A stretch of 37,566 nt of DNA from Bdellovibrionales bacterium (GTDB lineage Bacteria > Bdellovibrionota > Bdellovibrionia > Bdellovibrionales > UBA840). The stretch covers positions 1-37,566 of the forward strand of contig JBBKWS010000182.1 in assembly GCA_037969075.1 (NCBI GenBank). The letters run 5' to 3'. Position numbers and translations under genes: made by a program. Positions 28,395-37,566 of the stretch are shown in pieces (position 1 is the first letter of the stretch; each line of letters begins with the position of its first letter). The notes beneath the pieces were generated by a model. It made no database searches. It had not been told where the DNA came from and saw only the letters and a list, made by a program, of their open reading frames with translations.

Positions 28395-29400
28395 AGAAAA
28401 TATTTTAGTAACTGGAGGAATGGGTTTTATTGGTTCCAACTTTATTCCATATATTATTAATAAATATCCAGACTACGACGTTATCAATCTTGATAAACTT
28501 ACCTATGCTGCGAATACCTCTAATCTCTCAGAAGTTATGGGTCATGAAAGATATACATTTATCGAAGGTGATATCTGTGATAAGGCTTTGATTAAAAACT
28601 TATTTAATAAATATCAGTTTCAAAAAGTCATTCATTTTGCAGCAGAGTCGCATGTAGATAACTCTATTAATGGTCCCGAGGTTTTTATTCAAACTAATAT
28701 TTATGGTACATGGAATCTTTTGCATGCAGCCTATCAATTATGGATGAATGGACCTAATCAATATAAAACAGAGTTTACGTCGGCGACATTTCAGCACATT
28801 TCGACCGACGAGGTCTATGGTAGTTTAGGTGATGAGGGCTTATTTTCTGAGGCTACGCCCTATGCCCCCAACTCTCCGTATAGTGCGTCCAAAGCAAGCT
28901 CTGATATGATAGCTCGCAGTTACTTTCATACCTATGGTTTGAGAGTGGTGACTTCAAATTGCTCAAATAACTATGGACCAAAACAGCACAATGAAAAACT
29001 AATACCTACAATTATCAGAAAAGCATTGCAACATGAACCAATTCCTATTTACGGAGACGGTAAAAATATAAGAGATTGGTTGTATGTATTAGATCATTGT
29101 ACGGGTATAGATCTATGTATGCACAAGGGAAAGCCAGGAGAAACATATAATATCGGTGGAAGAAACGAGAGAACTAATCTGCAAATAGTAAATACCATTT
29201 GTGAAATTTTAGACTCAAAGAAATCTCTGCCAAATCAAGAGTCCTATAAAAAATTGATCAGTTTTGTCGCCGATAGGCCAGGACACGATAAAAGGTACGC
29301 CATCGATGCTAGTAAAATCGAAGAGGGCTTAGACTGGAAAGCCTCTGAAGACTTTGAATCTGGTATTTTAAAAACCGTAGAATGGTACTTAAATTTATAA
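28387..29400 (+). CDS. rfbB: dTDP-glucose 4,6-dehydratase
   Basis: [40 protein letters not shown]. Confidence 0.97.
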   Translation: MSKENILVTGGMGFIGSNFIPYIINKYPDYDVINLDKLTYAANTSNLSEVMGHERYTFIEGDICDKALIKNLFNKYQFQKVIHFAAESHVDNSINGPEVFIQTNIYGTWNLLHAAYQLWMNGPNQYKTEFTSATFQHISTDEVYGSLGDEGLFSEATPYAPNSPYSASKASSDMIARSYFHTYGLRVVTSNCSNNYGPKQHNEKLIPTIIRKALQHEPIPIYGDGKNIRDWLYVLDHCTGIDLCMHKGKPGETYNIGGRNERTNLQIVNTICEILDSKKSLPNQESYKKLISFVADRPGHDKRYAIDASKIEEGLDWKASEDFESGILKTVEWYLNL

Positions 29401-30429
29401 TATCTTCTCTACAGAAAGCAAAAAACTTTTTGCCACATGAATTTCTGTAAAGTTATTTTTCATTTTTTCATAAGCATTTTTTGCAAGCGTATCTTTTAAA
29501 ACGGTATTAGATTTTAAGTCTAGTATCGCTTGAGCAATGGATTTCGCTGAGCCATCGACCAAGTAAATATCATCCTTATCAATGAAAACCTCAGAAATAG
29601 CGGGCGTGCTTTTTGTTATAATTGCTAACTTGCTACTGGCATAGTGATAAATTTTATTTGGAATGACTAAGCTTGTTTTTTCACCTTGGCCAAAGATGCC
29701 AAGAGCAACATCAAATGTATTAATTCTATCGGCTAAATCTTTTTGATTTAACCAGCCGGGTAGGGATACAAAATCTAAATTGTGCTTTTTTATGTATTTC
29801 AAAGCTTTTTCATATTCAAATCCATTGCCTATTAATTCAAAATCTATATCTTCGCCTTTAAGGATAGAGATGGCTTCAAGAATAGTCAAAACCCCTTGCA
29901 GTGGGATAAAGCCGCCATAAAACCCAACTTTAAATTTTTTGTTTTTTACGGTCTCTGAATAATCGTAGTCCGAAAAATTATTACCAATATATAAGACTTC
30001 CATTTTTTCTAAAGGGACACCAAAAGTTTTATTAAAGTATTTTTTATGCTCAATGGTATCTGTTAATACTAGGTCAGCCAATTGCATCGGGGTTTTATCA
30101 CGGTAAAAATTTCGCAAGGCAGATATTCCCCAACGAGAAACCAGTTTGTAGTCAAAGACCTTTGTTAAGTACCTTGATATCAAAGGGTCAAAAACTAAGG
30201 GAGTTTGACCGCAGTAGGATTTTACAAATTTAACTTCTGTATGGGTAAAGCAGGGTAAAAATACAAAGTCTACAGTTTTAGATAGATCCTTAATTTTTTC
30301 TTGGTTTGCCTTAGATTTTTTAGTGAACGGAAAATCTATAATGGTGTGTCCCAATTTTTTTAATCCATCGGCTAAGATTTTTGTTCTATTGTAATCAATT
30401 AAGTAATTTCCTGTAAAAAGTATTTTCAT
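29395..30429 (-). CDS. GT4 (GT-B) glycosyltransferase
   Basis: FYGGFIPLQG, VIPNKIYH; likely start MKILFTG at 30429 overlapping the rfbD stop. Confidence 0.85.
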   Translation of the reverse strand: MKILFTGNYLIDYNRTKILADGLKKLGHTIIDFPFTKKSKANQEKIKDLSKTVDFVFLPCFTHTEVKFVKSYCGQTPLVFDPLISRYLTKVFDYKLVSRWGISALRNFYRDKTPMQLADLVLTDTIEHKKYFNKTFGVPLEKMEVLYIGNNFSDYDYSETVKNKKFKVGFYGGFIPLQGVLTILEAISILKGEDIDFELIGNGFEYEKALKYIKKHNLDFVSLPGWLNQKDLADRINTFDVALGIFGQGEKTSLVIPNKIYHYASSKLAIITKSTPAISEVFIDKDDIYLVDGSAKSIAQAILDLKSNTVLKDTLAKNAYEKMKNNFTEIHVAKSFLLSVEKIL

Positions 30430-31250
30430 AGCTTTGCAATACACCTTTTTAGACCATCTTGCCATGTGGGAATTTCAATATGTAATGCCTCAGTCAGTTT
30501 GGAGGAATCTAAGCCACTAAATTTTGGACGGGAGGCTGGTGTTGGATAGGCAGTAGTGGGTATAGGTCTAAGATCCATATTGATGTTTTTTAGTTCAAAA
30601 ATCAAACTAGCAAAATCATACCAAGAGCAGGTCCCTTGGTTTGAAAAATGAAATACTCCATTTATGTTTGGAGAATCAATGAGCTTTAATATGGTGTTCG
30701 CCAAATCTGTGCAATATGTGGGGGAGCCAATTTGATCATTCACAATAGATAACTGTGGTCTATCTTTAGCAAGCCTTAGCATGGTGGTAAAAAAGTTTTT
30801 CCCAGTTTCAGAGTATAACCAAGAGGTGCGTATGATGCTTGTGTTTTTATTGCTAGTAAGCGCAGCGATCTCTCCTTGTAACTTTGATCTTCCGTATTGA
30901 TTGATAGGAGAAGTAGAATCATTTTCTGTGTAGAGTTCTTTTTTACTGCCATTAAAGACATAATCCGTGGAGATATGAATAAAGCGATTGCAGTATGTCG
31001 CAAGGACCCCCGGGGCGATAGCATTTACCTTATTGCAGAGATCAATTTCTTCTTCTGCTTTGTCTACATTGGTGTAGGCTGCGGTATTGATAATAATATC
31101 TGGCTCGCCGTGGCTTACAAAATAATTACCAAGAGCTGTATCGTCAGTAATATCTAAATCGTTTTTAGATAAATAAACAGCTTTAGGCAAAATACTTCTG
31201 AGAGCAGAGGCAAGTTGCCCATTAGCTCCTGTGACTAATATACGACTCAT
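30426..31250 (-). CDS. rfbD: dTDP-4-dehydrorhamnose reductase
   Basis: TGANGQL, AAYTNVDKAE, HISTDYVF, YGRSK, DQIGSPT. Confidence 0.95.
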   Translation of the reverse strand: MSRILVTGANGQLASALRSILPKAVYLSKNDLDITDDTALGNYFVSHGEPDIIINTAAYTNVDKAEEEIDLCNKVNAIAPGVLATYCNRFIHISTDYVFNGSKKELYTENDSTSPINQYGRSKLQGEIAALTSNKNTSIIRTSWLYSETGKNFFTTMLRLAKDRPQLSIVNDQIGSPTYCTDLANTILKLIDSPNINGVFHFSNQGTCSWYDFASLIFELKNINMDLRPIPTTAYPTPASRPKFSGLDSSKLTEALHIEIPTWQDGLKRCIAKL

Positions 31251-31794
31251 TATTTAGTATTTCCTTAAGGCTTAAGTTTTTTTTGTCTTTTTCTGAAAGG
31301 ATCGCGTTTTCTTGAGGAATTCCCCAATCTATTTGTAAATCAGGATCAGAGAAGTGTAAGCCTACTTCGTGTGTTGGTGCGTAGTAAGAATCACACTTGT
31401 AGCTAATAAGTGCGGTATCACTAAGTACCAAGAAGCCGTGGGCGAATCCTTTTGGTACTAAAAGTTGTTTGTAATTATCTGATGTTAGCTTGATGGCATA
31501 GTGCTTGGTAAACGTGGGTTCATCTTTTCGTAAATCAACCACAACATCTAAGATAGCACCATCTAAAACTCGTATTAACTTACACTGTGCGTGATTTCCT
31601 GTTTGAAAGTGTAAGCCTCTTAAAGTATTTTTTTGCGAAAAAGATTGGTTGTCCTGCACAAAATTTTGCATTATTTCTTTTTTATTAAAAGTCTCTTGGT
31701 TGTACGATTCAAAAAAATAGCCACGTGGATCTTTGTAAATTTTTGGTGAGATTACTTTTAGTCCTGTAAAACCAGTTGTATCTACTTCAATCAT
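31222..31794 (-). CDS. rfbC: dTDP-4-dehydrorhamnose 3,5-epimerase
   Basis: DPRGYFFES, VQDNQS, LRGLHFQ, PKGFAHGF, LSEKD. Confidence 0.96.
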   Translation of the reverse strand: MIEVDTTGFTGLKVISPKIYKDPRGYFFESYNQETFNKKEIMQNFVQDNQSFSQKNTLRGLHFQTGNHAQCKLIRVLDGAILDVVVDLRKDEPTFTKHYAIKLTSDNYKQLLVPKGFAHGFLVLSDTALISYKCDSYYAPTHEVGLHFSDPDLQIDWGIPQENAILSEKDKKNLSLKEILNNESYISHRS

Positions 31795-31795
31795 A

Positions 31796-32272
31796 TTACT
31801 TCTTTTTTAAGGATAAGGTGAGTGAGAATGTCGCAACCAATTCATCATCGCAATACGCCTCAACCGGCACGGCCATTTCAACGCGATCTTTAGATTCAAT
31901 CGCTCTTTTTACTAATGCTTTAACGGCCCCAACTGATTCACATTTAAAGACTACATCCTTGTCCGCGCGCTTTATAAAATTAGCTTTAAAATCTTTAAAA
32001 CTAAGATGTACCCAAGATTTCAATTCAACCATGGCTAACATTGCCGCAAGCCCTGCGGCCGTATCTGCTCCTGCTGCCATTGCGCCAAAGTACATGGTCT
32101 TAAGATGATTTTTAGTTTTACGGTTTAAGGGGACAAAGACTTCGCAGGTTGTATCATCTAGCCTTATGACCTTAGCAGAAATAAATCCAATCATTGGAAT
32201 TTTAAAAAGCCCAAAAGCTTTTAACATAAGATTGGCTTTAGTGGTGTGTGAGAACGGAAGCTTGTCTAACAT
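31796..32272 (-). CDS. Hotdog-fold thioesterase-like protein (DUF4442/PaaI-like)
   Basis: KNHLKTMYFGAMAAGAD, FKDFKANFIKRA. Confidence 0.8.
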   Translation of the reverse strand: MLDKLPFSHTTKANLMLKAFGLFKIPMIGFISAKVIRLDDTTCEVFVPLNRKTKNHLKTMYFGAMAAGADTAAGLAAMLAMVELKSWVHLSFKDFKANFIKRADKDVVFKCESVGAVKALVKRAIESKDRVEMAVPVEAYCDDELVATFSLTLSLKKK

Positions 32273-32280
32273 ATTTTTCC

Positions 32281-32937
32281 TTAGTTTACTTTCATTTCTT
32301 TTACATCATCTGCGATTCGCATATTACCACCAGTTGCTTTTTTCACTTCATCAGCCGTGTGGCCTGGGGCATATTCTTTTAAAATAAATTCGTTATCTCC
32401 AATATCGATCACACCAAGGTCACTTACAATTCTGTGAACACATTTTAGTCCTGTAAATGGTAGATCACATTTTTTCATTAATTTTGATTCACCAGATTTA
32501 TCCATGTGCTGCATAGCTACGACTACACGCTTCGCTCCTGCGACTAAGTCCATAGCGCCGCCCATGCCTTTAACCATTTTTCCGGGGATCATCCAATTGG
32601 CAATATTTCCTTCTTGGTCCACTTGCATAGCGCCTAGTACTGTTAAATCAATGTGTCCGCCCCTGATCATGGCAAAGCTATCGGCGGATGAAAAGAAGCT
32701 GGCGCCTGGGGCTGCAGTAATGGTTTGTTTTCCAGCGTTAATAAGGTCAGCATCGATGTCACTTTCTTTTGGAAACGGACCCATACCTAGTAAGCCATTT
32801 TCACTTTGTAGCATCACAGACATATTTTTAGGGATGTAGTTAGCGACAAGTGTTGGGATTCCAATTCCTAGATTTACACAATATCCATCTTCAACTTCTA
32901 ATGCGATTCTTTGCGCAATTTGTTCTCGGCTTAACAT
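32281..32937 (-). CDS. scoB: 3-oxoacid CoA-transferase subunit B
   Basis: VNLGIGIPT, LQSENG, GMGGAMDLV. Confidence 0.93.
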   Translation of the reverse strand: MLSREQIAQRIALEVEDGYCVNLGIGIPTLVANYIPKNMSVMLQSENGLLGMGPFPKESDIDADLINAGKQTITAAPGASFFSSADSFAMIRGGHIDLTVLGAMQVDQEGNIANWMIPGKMVKGMGGAMDLVAGAKRVVVAMQHMDKSGESKLMKKCDLPFTGLKCVHRIVSDLGVIDIGDNEFILKEYAPGHTADEVKKATGGNMRIADDVKEMKVN

Positions 32938-32952
32938 AATTACCTCTTAGCG

Positions 32953-33648
32953 TTATTGGCTAACCGTTTTAAATTCAATTCGCTTTTCTTGTTTTGCTTG
33001 AAATATTCTTTGGATAAAAACTCCAGGAGTATGAATCTGATCAGGGTCCAGGGTGCCAACCTCTACCAATTCTTCAACCTCAGCCACCGTAATTTTTCCT
33101 GCGGTTGCGATAATTGGATTAAAATTTCTTGCGGTCTTTCTAAAGATTAAGTTTCCAAATGTATCGCCTTTCCAAGCTCTGACTATGGCAACATCACCTT
33201 TAATGGCATTTTCTAGAACGTAATCTCGTCCATCGATATTTCGGATCTCTTTGCCAACAGCCACCTCAGTGCCCACACCAGTTGGTGTAAAAAAAGCTGG
33301 GATTCCAGCGCCGCCTGCGCGCAAGCGCTCAGCGAGTGTTCCTTGTGGAATTAATTCTACTTCAAGTTCTCCGTTTAGTAGTTGCTTCGCAAATTCTGCG
33401 TTTTCTCCAACGTATGACGACATCATTTTTTTAATTTGTTTATTGGCTAATAAAATTCCTAAGCCAAAATCATCAATGCCGCAGTTATTAGAAACTATAG
33501 TTAAATTTTTTGCCCCGATCTCTCGAAGTGCCTGAATGGATGTTTCTGGGATTCCGCAAAGACCAAATCCTCCAACCAGTAAGGTCATGTTGTCTTTTAC
33601 GTCTTCAAGAGCCTTCATAGCATTGGGAAATACTTTTGAATTCGCCAT
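32953..33648 (-). CDS. scoA: 3-oxoacid CoA-transferase subunit A
   Basis: GGFGLCGIPE, SSYVGEN, PQGTLAER; start MANSK at 33648 directly after the thiolase stop. Confidence 0.93.
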   Translation of the reverse strand: MANSKVFPNAMKALEDVKDNMTLLVGGFGLCGIPETSIQALREIGAKNLTIVSNNCGIDDFGLGILLANKQIKKMMSSYVGENAEFAKQLLNGELEVELIPQGTLAERLRAGGAGIPAFFTPTGVGTEVAVGKEIRNIDGRDYVLENAIKGDVAIVRAWKGDTFGNLIFRKTARNFNPIIATAGKITVAEVEELVEVGTLDPDQIHTPGVFIQRIFQAKQEKRIEFKTVSQ

Positions 33649-33649
33649 T

Positions 33650-34828
33650 TTATTGTCTCTCAACAATCATGGCTACAGCTTCGCCGCCGCCAATACAAAG
33701 TGTCGCAAGACCGTAGCGCTTATTTGTCCTCTGTAGTGAGTGAAGAAGAGTAGTTAAAATCCTAGCCCCACTCCCGCCGATCGGATGACCAATGGCAACT
33801 GCTCCGCCTTCAATGTTTACTTTTTCTCTAGGGATAGATAATTCTTTCATTGCGGCCATTGTTACCATGGAGAAAGCTTCGTTGATTTCCCAAAGATCAA
33901 TATCTTCGACTTTTAGCTTTGCCGTATCTAAGGCTTTTTTGATCGCGCCAACAGGAGCTGTTGTAAAATAGACCGGATCTTGCGCGAAGGTAGATGATGA
34001 AATGATCTTAGCTTGCGCCTTTAGTTTTTTATTCTTTAGAGTTTCTTCGTTTACTATAACCAATGCCGCCGCTCCATCATTGATGTTTGAAGCATTCACC
34101 GCAGTGATGGTTCCGTCTTTTTCAAAAGCAGCTCTTAAAGTTTTTACTTTTGATTCATCTAGTTTAAATACATCTTCATCACTATCAACGGTTGTCGTGC
34201 CCTTGCGGCCTTCAATGATCACAGGAGTGATCTCTGCTTTAAAGTGACCTTCTTTTGTGGCAGATTGCGCGCGCTTGTAAGATTCAACCGCAAATGCATC
34301 TTGCTCATCTCTAGTAAATTTAAGTTCTTTTACGCAAATCTCTGCGGCACTTCCCATATGAAAATTATTGTAAGGGTCCCACAGTCCATCTTTAATCATT
34401 GAATCTTGCGCCGTCACATTTCCCATGCGGTATCCGCTTCTGGCATTTTCTAGTAGGTGCGGAGCTTGGCTCATATTTTCTTGTCCACCGGCAACTACCA
34501 CTGTAGCGTTTCCAGCTAAGATTGAGTCACAAGCTAACATCACTGCTTTTAGGCCTGAGCCACAAACTTTATTAATTGTCATGCAAGGAACAGATGTGGG
34601 AAGGCCAGCAAAAATAGCGGCTTGCCTTGCTGGGGCTTGTCCAATACCAGCAGTCAAAACATTACCCATAATTACTTCATTGATGTCGCTTGGTTTTAAC
34701 CCACTACGCTCAACCGCAGCTTTTATGGCTGTTGCCCCAAGTTTTGAAGCAGTCACTGTAGACAGGCCTCCGTTAAATGAGCCCACTGGAGTTCTAGCAG
34801 AAGAAACGATATAAATATTTTCTTTCAT
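33650..34828 (-). CDS. atoB: Acetyl-CoA C-acetyltransferase (thiolase)
   Basis: NKVCGSG, EINEAF, GHPIGGSG, LCIGGG. Confidence 0.93.
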   Translation of the reverse strand: MKENIYIVSSARTPVGSFNGGLSTVTASKLGATAIKAAVERSGLKPSDINEVIMGNVLTAGIGQAPARQAAIFAGLPTSVPCMTINKVCGSGLKAVMLACDSILAGNATVVVAGGQENMSQAPHLLENARSGYRMGNVTAQDSMIKDGLWDPYNNFHMGSAAEICVKELKFTRDEQDAFAVESYKRAQSATKEGHFKAEITPVIIEGRKGTTTVDSDEDVFKLDESKVKTLRAAFEKDGTITAVNASNINDGAAALVIVNEETLKNKKLKAQAKIISSSTFAQDPVYFTTAPVGAIKKALDTAKLKVEDIDLWEINEAFSMVTMAAMKELSIPREKVNIEGGAVAIGHPIGGSGARILTTLLHSLQRTNKRYGLATLCIGGGEAVAMIVERQ

Positions 34829-34852
34829 ATTTCACCTCTTTGAATAGGTAAG

Positions 34853-34881
34853 AATGTATTTTTAAGAGAGCTGATTGTAAA
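34853..34881 (-). promoter_or_regulatory. sigma-70 promoter of the thiolase operon
   Basis: Minus strand TTTACA-N17-TACATT upstream of the GAGGTG SD. Confidence 0.5.
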
Positions 34882-34980
34882 TCTTTTTACCAGTAAATTT
34901 GGATACACTAAGTCAAAAGGGACTAGATAGCTGCTTGTGTTTGTGCATAAAGCCTTTTAAGCTTTTGTTTGGGAGTTTTT

Positions 34981-35880
34981 ATGTGGTTAGTTTTATTATT
35001 TCAGATACTAAATGCTCAAGATTTTATCACTAAAGATGCAAAATCTGCCGAAATCATAGGAGCCTCTATACAGGTCGCTCTCAGTCAAACAAAAAGCAAT
35101 ACGCTGAGCTGGAAGTGTGCAGATAGTAGCTGTAAAATCACTCCCACCATTTTAGAGGGGAAACTACGTATAAAGGTCATGACTAAAGGTAAAGTTATAA
35201 TTCATATGCCTGATATGCCTCTTAGTTTATATGCCACAAACTTACATTTAACTGCTTCGAATTGGGTAAGTGGTATTAAAGTTAGAGGGATGAAGTCTAC
35301 GCTAGATCTAAATAATACTAAGGGTCTTATTGATATTAATGGCAGTATCGTAAATGCAAAAATAAATAAGCATGAGGGACCTATAAAGTTCGACGCTTTT
35401 GATGGTAAAGTGCAAATCGTAGGAGCTAAATCCGATATCGAAATAAGTCAGTTCACAGGTCTCATTGGTCTGTTAAAAATTGATGGTGAGATCAGTGTAG
35501 CGACACAAAATGCAGATACCGTTATCAAAGATAGTCAGGGTAAATTAAAATTTACTACTACAAAAGGGCAGATTAACTTGAGTTCCTTTCAAGGTGAGAT
35601 TCACGGAGAATCAAAAGAGGGCGTGAGCGAACTAAGTCCACTGGCAAATTCAAAACTATATTGGAAGGCCGACAAGGGACGAGTAATACTTGATACTAAA
35701 AATATGGATGGAGCAAAGGTTGATATTGCAAGCATCGCAGGAAAGATGCAGCTAGCTCCTTCTTTAAAAATTAAGACAGAAAATGGATGGCGAGTGGCGC
35801 GCGCTAAACTTTTAGGCTCTGAACTTGGGTCCATTTTAGTACGCACAAATAAGGCTTCAATTCGTATGAGTTCTGAATGA
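34981..35880 (+). CDS. Secreted beta-repeat protein (DUF4097/putative adhesin-like)
   Basis: Short signal from ATG 34981; repeated GxIxI/GxL beta motifs. Confidence 0.65.
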   Translation: MWLVLLFQILNAQDFITKDAKSAEIIGASIQVALSQTKSNTLSWKCADSSCKITPTILEGKLRIKVMTKGKVIIHMPDMPLSLYATNLHLTASNWVSGIKVRGMKSTLDLNNTKGLIDINGSIVNAKINKHEGPIKFDAFDGKVQIVGAKSDIEISQFTGLIGLLKIDGEISVATQNADTVIKDSQGKLKFTTTKGQINLSSFQGEIHGESKEGVSELSPLANSKLYWKADKGRVILDTKNMDGAKVDIASIAGKMQLAPSLKIKTENGWRVARAKLLGSELGSILVRTNKASIRMSSE

Positions 35881-35923
35881 TTGAGCTTGACGACTTATTT
35901 TGAAAACTACATAGTCATGCCTT

Positions 35924-36646
35924 ATGGCAAAAGCAAAAAAAACAGCAAAAGCAAAGAAAGTTACTAAGAAGGCAAAGGCTACTCCTAAAAAAGTAGCAAA
36001 AACCATGATAAAAAAAGCGGCTAAGCCTAAAAAGGTAGCTACTAAAAAAGCAGTTAAGCCTAAAAAGGCAAAAGCTGTTAAAAAAGTAGCAAAACCTAAA
36101 AAGGTGGCTGCTCCTAAGAAAGCAGTTAAAGAGGTAAAAGCAAAACCTGCGAAAACAAAATCTCCATCTAAAAAAGAAGCAAAAGCTAAAAAATCTCCAG
36201 AAGTGGAGAATTTAGATGAGGATTTGAATGAAGAGGTGCCTGCGCAGCCTGAAGAGGCAAATTGGGAAGTAGACCCTGATGATGTGGTTTTAACGGATGC
36301 TGATGGTAACCCGTATTGTAAAGCTAAAGATTGCGATCAATTAGCGGCTGTTGATGGCTATTGCCGATTTCACTATATTTTACTTTGGAAGCGCATCCAA
36401 AATCGTAAAAAAATCTTAGCAGGGGACAAATTAGATCGTTATATCGAAGAGTTAACGGCTAGATATCCAGATAAATATCTAGAGATGTTACGTAAAGACT
36501 TAGCTTCAGAAAAAGATTTCTTAGCAGTCGTTGCAGAGCTTGATATTGATGAAGGTCTATCTGACTCTGAGTTTGATGATGATTCAGAAAATTTCATCGA
36601 TGAAATGCGCGGAGTCTCTCGTGAAGAAGGCGACGACGAATTTTAA
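35924..36646 (+). CDS. Histone H1-like Lys/Ala-rich protein with C-terminal Cys/His domain and acidic tail
   Basis: N-terminal ~90 aa of KKVA/KPKK repeats; CKAKDC...YCRFH; D/E-rich linker and tail. Confidence 0.75.
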   Translation: MAKAKKTAKAKKVTKKAKATPKKVAKTMIKKAAKPKKVATKKAVKPKKAKAVKKVAKPKKVAAPKKAVKEVKAKPAKTKSPSKKEAKAKKSPEVENLDEDLNEEVPAQPEEANWEVDPDDVVLTDADGNPYCKAKDCDQLAAVDGYCRFHYILLWKRIQNRKKILAGDKLDRYIEELTARYPDKYLEMLRKDLASEKDFLAVVAELDIDEGLSDSEFDDDSENFIDEMRGVSREEGDDEF

Positions 36647-36658
36647 AGGATATTTTTT

Positions 36659-37024
36659 GTGAAAAAGCACAAAGCAGTTATCACGAATAATCAGGGTAGC
36701 GAGAACGATATAGATGTAGAAATCATACATCTAACAACTAAAACTCGAATTATCAAATCAGTGCAGCTATTTTTTATATTAATAATAGCTGCTGCTCTGA
36801 GTGCCTTAATCCCAGTCTTTCATTTTATACTAGTACCAACACTTATTATTTTGGCCATAGTGCTGCCGTTTATTAATATAAAAAATGACAAGGCGATGAC
36901 GGCTCAAAAGATTAAGTGTCCAAAATGCAAAAATCCCATAGCTTTTAAAACAAAACGATTTCAGCAAGAAATCAAGACTTTCTGTCCGGCTTGTAGATCG
37001 CAATTAAAATTGTTTTTAAAGTAG
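36659..37024 (+). CDS. Small membrane protein with C-terminal zinc ribbon
   Basis: Two TMs (IPVFHFILVP); CPKC...CPAC; AAGGA SD, GTG start. Confidence 0.75.
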   Translation: MKKHKAVITNNQGSENDIDVEIIHLTTKTRIIKSVQLFFILIIAAALSALIPVFHFILVPTLIILAIVLPFINIKNDKAMTAQKIKCPKCKNPIAFKTKRFQQEIKTFCPACRSQLKLFLK

Positions 37025-37144
37025 TAAAAAACGTCAATTCATTATACAGGCACAAGATCTAGTCATGTTATCCAGGTTTCCTAAAAGTTATAATACTTTC
37101 GTGTGGTATCCCAATTGCAATCTATATAATTGAGGGAGATGGCT

Positions 37145-37566
37145 ATGATTCAAAAGGTACTATACTCAGGGTTATTGTTAATATTTTTAACAGGGTGCGG
37201 AGAAGGCTTTGACGTCAAAAGTTTAGAAGGCGACGTTAAAACATCAATCGGCGAAGTAACAGAGATCGAAAAAGCTACACTTACTGATATGCAATCCATT
37301 GAATCTGATATTGCAGATTTAGAGTCAGTAACTTTTGATGAGTATAACAATCCAGGATTAAGTCTTTCCAAAATTAAGGCTTTAAAATCAAGCTTAGGTT
37401 CAAAGCTTGATGATATTGTTAAAAAAATCGAAGCGTTTAAATTAAAAATTTCAGAACTTAGATCTAAAATTAATGACTACATTGCTATTCTTGATCCTAA
37501 TGATCCCAACCAACAACAAATCATTGAAAGACTACAAGAACTTTTACTAAAGCTTGATCAAATTGA
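37145..37566 (+). CDS. Lipoprotein, helical/coiled-coil, truncated by window end (not in ORF track)
   Basis: GAGGGAG SD; MIQKVLYSGLLLIFLTGCGEG lipobox LTGC; frame open to the end. Confidence 0.8.
   Translation, partial: MIQKVLYSGLLLIFLTGCGEGFDVKSLEGDVKTSIGEVTEIEKATLTDMQSIESDIADLESVTFDEYNNPGLSLSKIKALKSSLGSKLDDIVKKIEAFKLKISELRSKINDYIAILDPNDPNQQQIIERLQELLLKLDQI

Noticed and set aside
35924..36190. DNA tandem repeat element
   Set aside because: Explained by Lys/Ala codon repetition within the protein
197..37371. Short ORFs overlapping longer genes (e.g. 197-409, 366-590, 3727-3912, 8685-9038, 11800-12114, 31776-32108, 34425-34814, 37150-37371)
   Set aside because: Antisense or out-of-frame shadows of well-supported genes, with no motifs

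Overview
Bacterial, AT-rich window. The gene content (lipoprotein-anchored FN3/IPT/GLUG giant protein, Lys-rich histone-like protein, many secreted hypotheticals) suggests Bdellovibrionota, which is an inference. Left part: an RHH-antitoxin/Doc toxin pair and a VOC-family gene, then a ~13.9 kb island bounded by tRNA-Asp(GTC) (15477-15553, minus) and a 17-bp copy of its 3' end plus flank (1578-1594). No integrase is visible in the window. The island has two divergent units behind mirror-image sigma-28-like promoters. One is a 1633-aa surface lipoprotein. The other is an 8-gene operon encoding a PEGA/TPR lipoprotein, a membrane protein resembling a FliF ring domain fused to a FliG C-terminal domain, a beta-barrel OMP, a long coiled-coil, MotA, MotB, a HAMP-GGDEF cyclase and a hypothetical. 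No rod, hook, filament or export genes are present, so this is a candidate stand-alone non-flagellar rotary motor module and the main find. An IS481-like end remnant and an unlisted 47-aa ORF lie near the tRNA. Right part is housekeeping: possible caspase-fold secreted protein, hmgA, heterodimeric ABC exporter, hutG, creatininase family, queG, cca, split rmlAB/rmlCD plus glycosyltransferase, thioesterase, scoAB, thiolase and hypotheticals. All domain calls are by-eye motif recognition; no searches were run.
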